From Nitrosopumilus sp. (GTDB taxonomy: Archaea; Thermoproteota; Nitrososphaeria; Nitrososphaerales; Nitrosopumilaceae), in contig OZ241981.1 in the NCBI GenBank assembly GCA_965204345.1, positions 1,248,001-1,312,000 on the forward strand: a stretch of 64,000 bases of DNA, given 5' to 3'. The notes under the pieces were generated by a model. The model had not been told where the DNA came from. It ran no database searches and saw nothing but the letters and a program-made list of their open reading frames with translations. Positions 29,379 through 38,935 of the stretch are shown piece by piece; within the stretch, counting starts at the first letter, position 1; every line of letters starts with the position of its first letter. Both the position numbers and the translations under genes were made by a program.

Positions 29379-29981
29379 GTGGTAATGCTGATGTGGAATT
29401 TTAAAACACCTGGCATTCCTGATGAAGAATTCGAAAGGACAGACAAAGTTCCTATCACAAAAGAAGAAGTAAGATCCATTCAGATTAGTAAGGCTCGATT
29501 AAAGTCAGGACAAACTGTTTATGATATTGGGTGTGGCAGCGGTTCTGTCTCAATTGAAGCTGCATTGCAAGTGGAATCATCTGGTAAGATACTGGCAGTT
29601 GATTATGATGAAAATGCAATTGAGCTAACAAAAAAGAATATCAAAAAATTCAACGTTTCAAACATATCAGTAATTTATGGTAATGCCAAAGACAAAATTT
29701 TGGAACTAGAAGAAGCTGATACTATATTTATTGGCGGCACCGGCGGTGATACTAGAGATATCGTTGAGCTTTCTGAAGCTAAATTAAAATCTGGAGGTAG
29801 AATTGTAATTGGGATCATCCTAATTGAGACTCTATATTCCGTGCTGCAGGTCCTAAACAGACTACAATTCGAATCTGTCGATATTACACAAGTAACAATA
29901 TCAAAAAGTCGAAGAACCAGTACGGGAACTATGATGCTTGCACGAAATCCCGTAACTATCATATCTGCGACTAAAATCTAA
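29379..29981 (+). CDS. cbiT: cobalt-precorrin-6B C15-methyltransferase
   Basis: PITKEEVR, DIGCGSG, FIGG, NPV. Confidence 0.93.
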   Translation: MVMLMWNFKTPGIPDEEFERTDKVPITKEEVRSIQISKARLKSGQTVYDIGCGSGSVSIEAALQVESSGKILAVDYDENAIELTKKNIKKFNVSNISVIYGNAKDKILELEEADTIFIGGTGGDTRDIVELSEAKLKSGGRIVIGIILIETLYSVLQVLNRLQFESVDITQVTISKSRRTSTGTMMLARNPVTIISATKI

Positions 29982-30017
29982 TCTAGATTTTTAATTAGGA
30001 AGAAAATCATATTTTTT

Positions 30018-30740
30018 ATGCCTGGATTAATAGGAATAGGAGTAGGTCCCGGGGACGTTGATCTACTTACTGTCAAGGCAGTAAATGCAATTCAAAATGC
30101 TGATATCATAATGTGTCCTGCATCTAAGGAAGACAGACCCAGTATTGCATTTGGTGTTGTTTCGCCAATTATTGACAAATCAAAGAATCAGCAAATTGTA
30201 AAACTAATCTTTCCAATGACCAAAGACAAAGATGTTCTTGAAGCAACATGGAAGAAAAATGCTAAAATAATGGCAGAAACTGTCTTGACTGGAAAAAATG
30301 TCGTTTATCTTACAGTCGGAGATCCCTTCCTGTACAGTACCTGGATTTACATGCACAAAGACCTCAGAGCAAATTACCCAGAAATGAACATTAGCGTAAT
30401 TCCTGGAATTGTATCAATGTTTACATTTGCATCTAAAGTTGGCGTAAGCATAGCTGAGGGTGCAGAAAAAGTTGCAATCATTCCATCGTGCTATGATTTA
30501 TCTAGCGTTAAAGAGATTGCAAAAAATTCTGAATCCATGATATTTCTAAAGGATGGAAGATACTTTGATAAGGTAATTGATGTCCTAAAAGAATCCGGAT
30601 TTTCTGATGATTCCATTTTTGCAATCGGGCAAGATCTTGGAACAGAAAATGAAATTATTCGGAAAATGACCTTGGGCCAAGTAAATGATTCATCATTAAC
30701 CACAAAATATTTTTCAATCTTGGTGGTAAAACGTGTCTGA
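30018..30740 (+). CDS. cbiL: cobalt-precorrin-2 C20-methyltransferase
   Basis: GVGPGD, FPM, GDPFLYST. Confidence 0.92.
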   Translation: MPGLIGIGVGPGDVDLLTVKAVNAIQNADIIMCPASKEDRPSIAFGVVSPIIDKSKNQQIVKLIFPMTKDKDVLEATWKKNAKIMAETVLTGKNVVYLTVGDPFLYSTWIYMHKDLRANYPEMNISVIPGIVSMFTFASKVGVSIAEGAEKVAIIPSCYDLSSVKEIAKNSESMIFLKDGRYFDKVIDVLKESGFSDDSIFAIGQDLGTENEIIRKMTLGQVNDSSLTTKYFSILVVKRV

Positions 30741-31503
30741 TGTATTCTTTGTGGGCTGTGGCCCCGGCGATCCTGAACTAATTACAGTCAAAGCTAAAAA
30801 ACTAATCAAAAAAGCAGATGTTGTAGTTTATTCCGGATCTTTGATACCTGAGCCGATCTTGAAGCTCTGCAAAAAAGGCAAACTGCATGATGCTGCAAAG
30901 TTAGTTAGGGAAGAAATTTTTGATCTGTTATACAAGAATGCAAAAAAAGACAAACTCGTTGTAAGATTACACGACGGTGATCCCTCGATTTATGGCGCTA
31001 TCAAAGAACAGATTGACAATCTTGAAAAAAAAGGAATCAGGTCCACTGTTGTTCCCGGGGTTACCGCATTTTTGGCCTCAGCTGCTGCACTTGGAATGCA
31101 GCTAACACTGCCTGGAGTTACTCAAACTATCATTGTTACAAGGGCAGAATCAAGGACCAAAGTACCAAACCGTGAAAAAATTTCTGAGCTTGCAAAACAC
31201 AAAGCGACACTGATTTTTTATCTTAGCATCCAATTAATCTCTAATTTAGTTACTGAAGCAGTTGCAGGAGGATACAAAAAATCCACACCGGTTGCAGTAG
31301 TTTATCGTGCAAGCTGGAAGGATCAAAAAATAATCAAAGGAACCCTGGGTGACATTGCAAAAAAAGTAAGCGATGAAAAGATCACCAGAACTGCAATCGT
31401 AATAATTAGTGATGTAATAGATCCAGAGACGTATGAATATTCAAAGCTGTATGATAAAAAATTCAGTCATGGCTATAGAAAAGCCAAACTGACAAAAAAG
31501 TAA
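30733..31503 (+). CDS. cbiF: cobalt-precorrin-4 C11-methyltransferase
   Basis: VVRLHDGDPSIYGAIKEQ, SKLYD..FSHGYR. Confidence 0.94.
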   Translation: MSDVFFVGCGPGDPELITVKAKKLIKKADVVVYSGSLIPEPILKLCKKGKLHDAAKLVREEIFDLLYKNAKKDKLVVRLHDGDPSIYGAIKEQIDNLEKKGIRSTVVPGVTAFLASAAALGMQLTLPGVTQTIIVTRAESRTKVPNREKISELAKHKATLIFYLSIQLISNLVTEAVAGGYKKSTPVAVVYRASWKDQKIIKGTLGDIAKKVSDEKITRTAIVIISDVIDPETYEYSKLYDKKFSHGYRKAKLTKK

Positions 31504-31576
31504 TCTTGTTTTTTATATTAGTCAAGCTTTGAAAAATTAAGGTTTAATATCTATCAATTTTTGTGATTGAATAGGT

Positions 31577-32743
31577 ATGTTAGAACAAAGAATTAGTGAG
31601 AATGGCCAAGTCTCTATAATAATTCCTACGTATAACGAATCAAAAAACATAATCAAAATCCTATCGCATATTGGAGAAATACTCCCAAAAAACATTTCAA
31701 TACAGGCAATTGTAGTAGATGATAACTCATCAGATGGAACCGGAAAACTTGTAGAAGATTATTTAAAAAATGTTAAAAAAATAGCAGATTATACAATAGA
31801 AATCATACATAGAAAAGCAAAAGCCGGATTAAGTTCTGCCATTCTCAAAGGAATCCAACAGGCAAAAGGTGACATGATCGTAGTCATGGATAGCGACTAT
31901 TCACATCCGCCACAAATAATCCTAAAAATGATTGAAGCATTCAAACAATATCAATGTGATCTTGTTGTAGCTTCAAGATACATTGCAGGAGGAAACATTC
32001 ATGGCTGGACAATTAAGAGAAAACTAATGAGTAAAGTCGCTACAATAATTGCAAAGAAAGGACTAGATGTTAAAATAAAGGATCCAATGTCCGGATTTTT
32101 TGCATTTAAAAAAAATATCATTAAAGAATTAAATTTTGATGCATTAGGTTACAAATTCCTGTTAGAAATCCTTGTAAAAACCAAGGGAATTGACGTCAAG
32201 GAGATTCCATATACTTTTGAAAATAGAAAATACGGTTCAAGTAAATTAGACAGCTTGACCGTACTTGATTATTTTAAATCAGTATGGAAATTATACAAAA
32301 ATGGCAAGACAAAAACATCAAATGAAAAACGTAAATCAGTCCGATTTATTTCAAAAGCTGCAAGGTTTTTTACTGTAGGCGCCACTGGAATTGGTGTAAA
32401 CTTTATTGTCTCGACACTCTTTACATCTGGCTTAACTGAATTATGGTATATTCATGCAAATATTTTTGGAATTATTGCATCTGTATCTACCAATTTCATA
32501 CTGAATAAAATTTGGACTTTTGAAGATAAGGATTTCTCACGTAGGAAAACACTATCTCAATATGGAAAATTCAGCATGTTTAGCTCATTAGGCGCACTAG
32601 TCCAGATTGCCATGATGTTTTGGCTAATAGAATCTCATGACATTGAACATCATATTGCATTAATTCTAGCCATAGGAACTGGAGCATTTAGTAATTTCTT
32701 GTTAAACAAGAAATTTACGTTTAAAGAAAAACTTTGGAATTAA
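31577..32743 (+). CDS. polyprenol-phosphate glycosyltransferase (GT2, DPM1-like) fused to a GtrA domain
   Basis: IPTYNE, VDD, MDSD, DPMSGFF; C-terminal 4-TM GtrA with NFILNKIWTF. Confidence 0.88.
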   Translation: MLEQRISENGQVSIIIPTYNESKNIIKILSHIGEILPKNISIQAIVVDDNSSDGTGKLVEDYLKNVKKIADYTIEIIHRKAKAGLSSAILKGIQQAKGDMIVVMDSDYSHPPQIILKMIEAFKQYQCDLVVASRYIAGGNIHGWTIKRKLMSKVATIIAKKGLDVKIKDPMSGFFAFKKNIIKELNFDALGYKFLLEILVKTKGIDVKEIPYTFENRKYGSSKLDSLTVLDYFKSVWKLYKNGKTKTSNEKRKSVRFISKAARFFTVGATGIGVNFIVSTLFTSGLTELWYIHANIFGIIASVSTNFILNKIWTFEDKDFSRRKTLSQYGKFSMFSSLGALVQIAMMFWLIESHDIEHHIALILAIGTGAFSNFLLNKKFTFKEKLWN

Positions 32744-32797
32744 TGGAAAACTAAAAAAAATTAAAATAAAAAGAATGAACCGTTCGTACTAATCTTC

Positions 32798-33451
32798 TTA
32801 CTCAAATGTAGTAGTAGAGGATTGTGACGAAAGTCCAGTTGAAGATGGTACAGATGGGAACTTGTCTCCTACCTGTTGCTCAGCTACTGCAGATGCTTCT
32901 TGAAGAATCTTATCTGTTTCTTCACTTGAAACATCAGACTCCATATTAAACGAGTCTCCTGCAAGTGAATCCATCATTAGCCCATTAAGTGTCTGAGTCA
33001 TGGTATTCAATTCCGAATCAGCTTCTGGCATGAATCTTCCTAGCGATGACTTCAATCCCTTCATTGTAGACATTGCCGGTCCAATTGCTACCATAGCATC
33101 ACCAAGATCATGAATAGTTGTCAGTCTTAGTTGGACTTGTTCTAATGACATTCTTGCATTGCCGAGCATCTTTGTAACTTTACGAATTTCAGCTAATTCG
33201 TTGGACAAAACTCTACTTGTGCTAGTATCATGTTGTTGCATTGCAGTCACTACTCGTTGAAAGAGTTGCGCATCTCTTTCGTGCAGCTTACCTAACATAG
33301 AATCCATTTTTGAGATTTGGACCTGTAGTTTGTTCACCGCAGTCTGAATTCGTGGTTTTAATGCACCTTGAGGCTTTACTGCGTCTCGGAGTTTGCCAGT
33401 TACGCTTTGGGTCGTCTCTTGTCGAGCCCAAGTTTTATCGAAGTTTGGCAT
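32798..33451 (-). CDS. ESCRT-III / Snf7 family protein (CdvB paralogue)
   Basis: NELAEIRKV, LEQVQLRL, DLGD; clearly homologous to 7606-8250. Confidence 0.9.
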   Translation of the reverse strand: MPNFDKTWARQETTQSVTGKLRDAVKPQGALKPRIQTAVNKLQVQISKMDSMLGKLHERDAQLFQRVVTAMQQHDTSTSRVLSNELAEIRKVTKMLGNARMSLEQVQLRLTTIHDLGDAMVAIGPAMSTMKGLKSSLGRFMPEADSELNTMTQTLNGLMMDSLAGDSFNMESDVSSEETDKILQEASAVAEQQVGDKFPSVPSSTGLSSQSSTTTFE

Positions 33452-33561
33452 GGTTAGTGGTTTAGAAATTTAGTCTTAATCAACAGTGTAAATTTAGATC
33501 AGCTTTAGATTAAATTTAACTAACAAAATCTAAAATTGTATATGCATTATATCTAAACATA

Positions 33562-34317
33562 ATGAAGATTGTGGTATTTGATTCCGGATTAGGCTCACTT
33601 TCCATAATAAAACCAATTCAAAAAGTTTGCAAATCAGAAATAATCTATTTTGCCGATCAAAAAAACTTCCCCTATGGGAAAAAAACAATTGCAGAATTAA
33701 GACGTATAACCAATCACAGTATAGCGAGGCTAGACAAGAAATTCTCTCCTGACTTGATAATAATCGGATCAAATACCCTCTCATTGCTCTTTGAATTTAA
33801 ACATCACAAGAACATACTTGGTGTCTTTCCACCCATATCTCAGGCAATTCAAAAATCAAAATCTAAAAATATTGCAATTCTTGCTACATATACAATAATT
33901 AAAAATAATTATTTAAAAAAGATAATTACTCAAAAAAACAACCTTAATGCTATTCCAATCAATATTTCACCATTAATAGATTTAGTAGAGGATGGTTCTT
34001 TTATTGCTAACAAAGACAAGTGTATTAACAAGATTAAGACATTATTAGAGCCAACTTTTCTCCAAAATAATATTGATGTTGCCACATTATCTAGTACGCA
34101 TCTACCCTTTCTTTTGCCATTATTTAAAAAAATATTTCCAAATGTAATATTTTTAGATCCTGGCAACTATGTTGCTAGTCTCGTACTTGAAAAAAATAAT
34201 TCCAACCTGGCGCGTAATAAAATTTCCATCTTTACCACAGGTGATGAAATACAATTCAAAAAAAAGTTACATCAGATCAAAATTTTTAATAAAGTTAGAT
34301 ACCTATCATTATACTGA
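33562..34317 (+). CDS. glutamate racemase-like protein (Cys-to-Ser active site)
   Basis: FDSGLG, DQKNFPYGKK; SNT and SSTH in place of CNT and CTH. Confidence 0.8.
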   Translation: MKIVVFDSGLGSLSIIKPIQKVCKSEIIYFADQKNFPYGKKTIAELRRITNHSIARLDKKFSPDLIIIGSNTLSLLFEFKHHKNILGVFPPISQAIQKSKSKNIAILATYTIIKNNYLKKIITQKNNLNAIPINISPLIDLVEDGSFIANKDKCINKIKTLLEPTFLQNNIDVATLSSTHLPFLLPLFKKIFPNVIFLDPGNYVASLVLEKNNSNLARNKISIFTTGDEIQFKKKLHQIKIFNKVRYLSLY

Positions 34318-34339
34318 TAATTTTTTTTTCAAAACTGTT

Positions 34340-35797
34340 TTATGGATATGCAACTGACTCGATGATTTCTGAATCTAACTCAGAAATTCCAATTCTTTTT
34401 TGTTCCATGCTATCCCTACTTCTAATTGTAATTGTGCCGTCCTCCAATGTTTGATGATCTATTGTGATTGCAAAGGGAGAACCAATCTCGTCTAATCTCC
34501 TATATCTTCTTCCAATTCCTCCAGAGTGATCCAAAAATGCATCACATTTTCTTTTAAGCTGAAGATAAATCTCATCTGTTTTTTCTTTTAGTCCGTCTTT
34601 CTTTACCAGAGACAGTATTCCTACATGAACCGGTGACAAATATGGTTTTAGGGACAACACTATTCTCTCATGCTCTTTATCCTCTTTCAAACTGTGCTCC
34701 AAAATCGTGTACAGGCTTCTATCAATCCCCATTGAAATCTCAAACACATGAGGAAGAACCTTTTGGTCACCATCCATTATCTCAAACTTTTCCTTGCTCT
34801 TTTTTGCGTGACTGGACAAATCATAGTCTGATCTGTAGTTACATGCAACTAATTCAAGCCAGCCTATTGTGGTTTCCACTTCAAAATCAAATGCAACCTC
34901 AGCATAGAATGCCTTCTCTTTGTCTCCTAGTTTCCTAAATCTGCTTTTTGCCATATCAATCCCCGTTTTTTCGTAAAATTCAGTCAAAATTCCCAAGTAA
35001 TAGGCCACAAATTTGCTAGGAACAACGCCAGAATCTACTGCCTCTTTGCATGTCATTAAAACGGCTTTTACATCTGTCTGTACCCTGATTGTCACGTCTT
35101 GAATCTCTGAAAACCTATCCATTTCAGTCAGTTTCGCCGGATTACAAAATACCTCGATTTCTGCCTGATAAAACTCCCTTAGACGAAGTAGGCTTTGTCG
35201 GGGGGCTATCTCGTTTCTAAAACTCTTTCCCACCTGTGCAATCCCTAAAGGAAGCTTGCCTCTCATGGTTTTGTACAGTCTAGGAAAGTCCACAAAAATT
35301 GATTGGCATGTTTCAGGTCTTAGATATGCTTCTTCTTCCTGAGGACCAATACCGACTTTGAACATCATGTTGAAGTCTCTCGTATCATCAAAATCCCCCT
35401 TGCATTTTGGACACTTGATATTGTTTTGTGAAATGGCACTGTCAAACTCTTTCAAATCTGCGCTTTCGGGAATTTCAATATCTGCAATTTCAGAAATCGT
35501 TCTGTCTGCTCTAAACGTTGAATTACATTTTGTACATTTTATTATTGGATCAGCAAAGTTTCCTAAATGACCTGATGCCTCAAAAACTGATTTTGACATT
35601 ATTTGGGATCCATCAATCTCCAGCATTCCATCTCTTCTGATTAGCTCTCTTCTCCACAATTCGAGAAATTTATTTTTTAAACTAACCCCAGAGGGACCAT
35701 ATTCCCAAAACCCGGCCTGCGCATCAGAATAAACTTCACAGCTAGGAAAATAAAATCCACGCTCAAGTGCTAGTTTCATAACTGCTTCATAGTCCAT
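34340..35797 (-). CDS. glyS: glycine--tRNA ligase (alpha2 type)
   Basis: SGH, LRPETCQ, GKSFRNEI, R..EF.Q.E, IGRRYRR. Confidence 0.96.
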   Translation of the reverse strand: MDYEAVMKLALERGFYFPSCEVYSDAQAGFWEYGPSGVSLKNKFLELWRRELIRRDGMLEIDGSQIMSKSVFEASGHLGNFADPIIKCTKCNSTFRADRTISEIADIEIPESADLKEFDSAISQNNIKCPKCKGDFDDTRDFNMMFKVGIGPQEEEAYLRPETCQSIFVDFPRLYKTMRGKLPLGIAQVGKSFRNEIAPRQSLLRLREFYQAEIEVFCNPAKLTEMDRFSEIQDVTIRVQTDVKAVLMTCKEAVDSGVVPSKFVAYYLGILTEFYEKTGIDMAKSRFRKLGDKEKAFYAEVAFDFEVETTIGWLELVACNYRSDYDLSSHAKKSKEKFEIMDGDQKVLPHVFEISMGIDRSLYTILEHSLKEDKEHERIVLSLKPYLSPVHVGILSLVKKDGLKEKTDEIYLQLKRKCDAFLDHSGGIGRRYRRLDEIGSPFAITIDHQTLEDGTITIRSRDSMEQKRIGISELDSEIIESVAYP

Positions 35798-35828
35798 TAT
35801 ATCATCACACTAGTTATCGCATAAATTT

Positions 35829-36668
35829 CTACGCAAATTCCTTTGCAATTCTAACATTCTCAAAATCATCCCTTTTATCGTCAATCGGAGTCTCTAAAAT
35901 AATTGGGATTTTTTTCTTGTTTGCAAACTTGATTGCAGCTGCAATGCCCTTTTTGCCTATTCCTCCTAGTCCTAGATGATAATGCCGATCCAAATTGCAA
36001 CCAACATCTCCTTTGGCATCATTAAGATGAAGAATTTTCAAGTTATCAATCCCAACATATTTGTCAAATTCATAGAACATTTTTTTTACATTATCTTCAG
36101 TCTTCAAGTCATATCCTGAAACAAACGCATGACACGTATCTAAACATACGCCAAATTTCTTTGTAGGCTTTAGCTGCTTGAATATTTCTCCCAGCTGTTT
36201 AAAATCAGAACCAACAGAATTTTTCTGTCCTGCTGTATTTTCTAATAGAATCATTACGTCATTTTTTGTTTTTCCAGCTTTGCTCAATCCCTCTACCAAT
36301 CTCTTAATCCCAGCTTCTTCACCTGTTCCTAGGTGACTGCCAAGATGTGTAACAAGATATGGAATCCCCAGCTGTGAACACCTTTCCATTTCATCAATCA
36401 AAGTTTTGACTGATTTTGCAAATCCGTCATCTTTGGGGGTTGCAAGATTTGGCAAATAAGGCATGTGTGCACAGGTTGCAAATCTGTCAATTTTGCTTTC
36501 TTTTAATTTTGATTTAAAATTATCAATATCTTCATTGGTTAGTGCTTTTACATTCCAGCCTCTTGGATTTCTTGTAAATATCTGAAATGCAGAGCATTTT
36601 CTTTCCACAGCGTTATCTACTGATTTATCAATTGATCCTGATATTGAGACATGGCAGCCGATCTGCAT
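35829..36668 (-). CDS. nfo: endonuclease IV
   Basis: HVS, HLG, LENTAG, DTCH, HLND, DRH, ETP. Confidence 0.95.
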   Translation of the reverse strand: MQIGCHVSISGSIDKSVDNAVERKCSAFQIFTRNPRGWNVKALTNEDIDNFKSKLKESKIDRFATCAHMPYLPNLATPKDDGFAKSVKTLIDEMERCSQLGIPYLVTHLGSHLGTGEEAGIKRLVEGLSKAGKTKNDVMILLENTAGQKNSVGSDFKQLGEIFKQLKPTKKFGVCLDTCHAFVSGYDLKTEDNVKKMFYEFDKYVGIDNLKILHLNDAKGDVGCNLDRHYHLGLGGIGKKGIAAAIKFANKKKIPIILETPIDDKRDDFENVRIAKEFA

Positions 36669-36747
36669 ATGTCATATTTTTCATAAAACATAATTTAAAC
36701 CAGCATAAAAAAATCAGATTTTTAAGTAAACTAGGTCAACTATCCTT

Positions 36748-37773
36748 ATGCTTGCCCTTGGACAAGATGAGATTGCAAAGTATCCCTTCCTAGCAGATGC
36801 CGGTCAGTATCTAAAAGACATGGGATTTTCCCTTGAACAGTTTGGAACCGACCCTGACCTAAAACACCTAATTGAGAAGGCATTTGAACGAATCCAGGTT
36901 GCCGCAGATGGAAAAATCTACAAGTCAGACATTGATGGAGATCATGTTTCAAAAGAATCTACGCTTCCAAGAGAAGTTTTTTCATTTTTGCTCTCTATTG
37001 TACTTTTGAAACTAAGTGGAATGCATACTTTGATCAAAAGATTTGCATTAGCCGAGTCTAGACGTGCAGAAAAATATCTAGAAAAAGATCTTGGAAATAT
37101 CTCAGATGAATCAAAAAAAGATCTTGCAATCAGGGTCATAGATGACCTTTTTTCAGTCCAGATTGAAAAAATAGGTGACTTTTTTGTTATTCCAGTATCT
37201 GACTACCTAAAGCATTCCATTAACTTTCATGAAAGAGAATGGAAACTTATCAACAGACATGTAGAAAACGGCCAGGTTTTTCTTTCTCCACATGAGACAG
37301 TTAGATTAATCAGAAAAGAGTTAGGCATGTATATCAATTCAAAAATTATTAATGCAAAAACACCCACAATGATTCCCGGCTTTGAAGATTCAGTCAACAA
37401 ATTAGTTTTGTTATCAAAAAAGTTTGTGACGTATACTGTTACAACTGGAGAATATCCGCCATGCGTAAAACATGCAATTGACATGCTTGAAAAAGGCGAA
37501 AACCTTCCACATTCTGGAAGATTCATGCTAGCTACCTTTTTACTATCCAAGGGACAGTCAATTCAACAAATTGCACCGTTGTTCAAAAATGCACCTGATT
37601 ATAACGAGCGTGTAACATTATACCAGCTCAATCATCTGGCAGGAGCCTCAGGCAGTGGTACACAGTACTCATGTCCTTCATGCGAAAAATTAAAAACCCA
37701 AAGTTTGTGTTTTGCAACTTCAGAATGTGATAATATCATTAATCCCTTACAATTTGGAAGGAAGAAAAAATAA
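36748..37773 (+). CDS. priL: DNA primase large subunit
   Basis: YPF, YPPC, NLPHSGRF, YSCPSC Fe-S domain. Confidence 0.93.
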   Translation: MLALGQDEIAKYPFLADAGQYLKDMGFSLEQFGTDPDLKHLIEKAFERIQVAADGKIYKSDIDGDHVSKESTLPREVFSFLLSIVLLKLSGMHTLIKRFALAESRRAEKYLEKDLGNISDESKKDLAIRVIDDLFSVQIEKIGDFFVIPVSDYLKHSINFHEREWKLINRHVENGQVFLSPHETVRLIRKELGMYINSKIINAKTPTMIPGFEDSVNKLVLLSKKFVTYTVTTGEYPPCVKHAIDMLEKGENLPHSGRFMLATFLLSKGQSIQQIAPLFKNAPDYNERVTLYQLNHLAGASGSGTQYSCPSCEKLKTQSLCFATSECDNIINPLQFGRKKK

Positions 37774-38894
37774 TGCAAGAAGCTGATGCACAATTTTTAG
37801 AGAATTCATTTAAAAAATATTATTTTAACCACTTTGATCAAATCAACGTTCCGGAAAGAACATCTGAGAGAGAATTTGGTTATCAAAAATTCAATTCAGG
37901 TATGACTAGACATATCTCATTAAAAAATGACAAAGAATTGCATCTATTACTTATACAAAATGTCCCATCTGATGTCTACTGTTCAAATGCATACTATACA
38001 TTTCCAAATTTACCAATGAATGAAAAAGATTGGAAAGAAGCTGATCTGATTTTTGATATTGATGCAAAAGATCTCAATTTGTCTTGCAGAGAAAGTCACA
38101 GTGTATCAATCTGTAATGAATGTAACGGGGCCTCTAAAAATTCTAAACAATGTCCTAAATGTAGTTCATCTAAATTAGAAACAAAATCACTGCCATGTAA
38201 AAATTGCATTGATGCCTCAAAAACTGAAGTCTTAAAACTATCTGAAATCCTAATAAATGATCTTGCAGTTTCTAAAGATGACATTCACGTTTATTTCTCC
38301 GGCAATGAAGGATTTCATGTTTACGTATATAATTCACAATTTCAAGAAATAGGTTCTAAGGAAAGATCAGAACTAACTGATTATCTCTCTCTTAGAGGAA
38401 TTATTCCACAAACCCTCGGAATGAACAAATCCAAACCGGATCGAAATTCATTTCCAGTTCTTGACGAAAAAGGATGGAGGGGAAGATTCGCAAAATACAT
38501 TTTTGGCTCAAAGTCAAAACGCTCAAAAATTATTACGGAATTACTTGCAAATGGTTATGATTCTTTTCAAAAAACTCTGGATGACGTATCCCAAAATATC
38601 GGAGTAAAAATAGATCCTAATGTCACTATGGACATTCATAGAATTTTTAGATTGCCAGGATCTATCAATAGTAAAAGCGGTCTTGCAAAAACTCAATGCA
38701 ATGATGTTACAAAGTTTGATCCATATACTGAAGCATCTTTTCTTAGCGGTGATTCAATAGAGGTTTTGGCAAATTGTCCAATTGAATTTAGGTTAAAAAA
38801 TAAAAAATTCGGTCCATACAATAACGAAAAAATAACTGTTCCAACGTTTGCAGCAGTCTATATGATTTGTAAAAAATTAGCTAGAATAGCTTAA
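37773..38894 (+). CDS. priS: DNA primase small subunit
   Basis: REFG, LIFDID, FSGNEGFH, ID.NVT.D..R..RLPGS. Confidence 0.94.
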   Translation: MQEADAQFLENSFKKYYFNHFDQINVPERTSEREFGYQKFNSGMTRHISLKNDKELHLLLIQNVPSDVYCSNAYYTFPNLPMNEKDWKEADLIFDIDAKDLNLSCRESHSVSICNECNGASKNSKQCPKCSSSKLETKSLPCKNCIDASKTEVLKLSEILINDLAVSKDDIHVYFSGNEGFHVYVYNSQFQEIGSKERSELTDYLSLRGIIPQTLGMNKSKPDRNSFPVLDEKGWRGRFAKYIFGSKSKRSKIITELLANGYDSFQKTLDDVSQNIGVKIDPNVTMDIHRIFRLPGSINSKSGLAKTQCNDVTKFDPYTEASFLSGDSIEVLANCPIEFRLKNKKFGPYNNEKITVPTFAAVYMICKKLARIA

Positions 38895-38935
38895 TTTTGC
38901 TGGTAAGACATTAATTTACCGAATCACAAGAAAAT

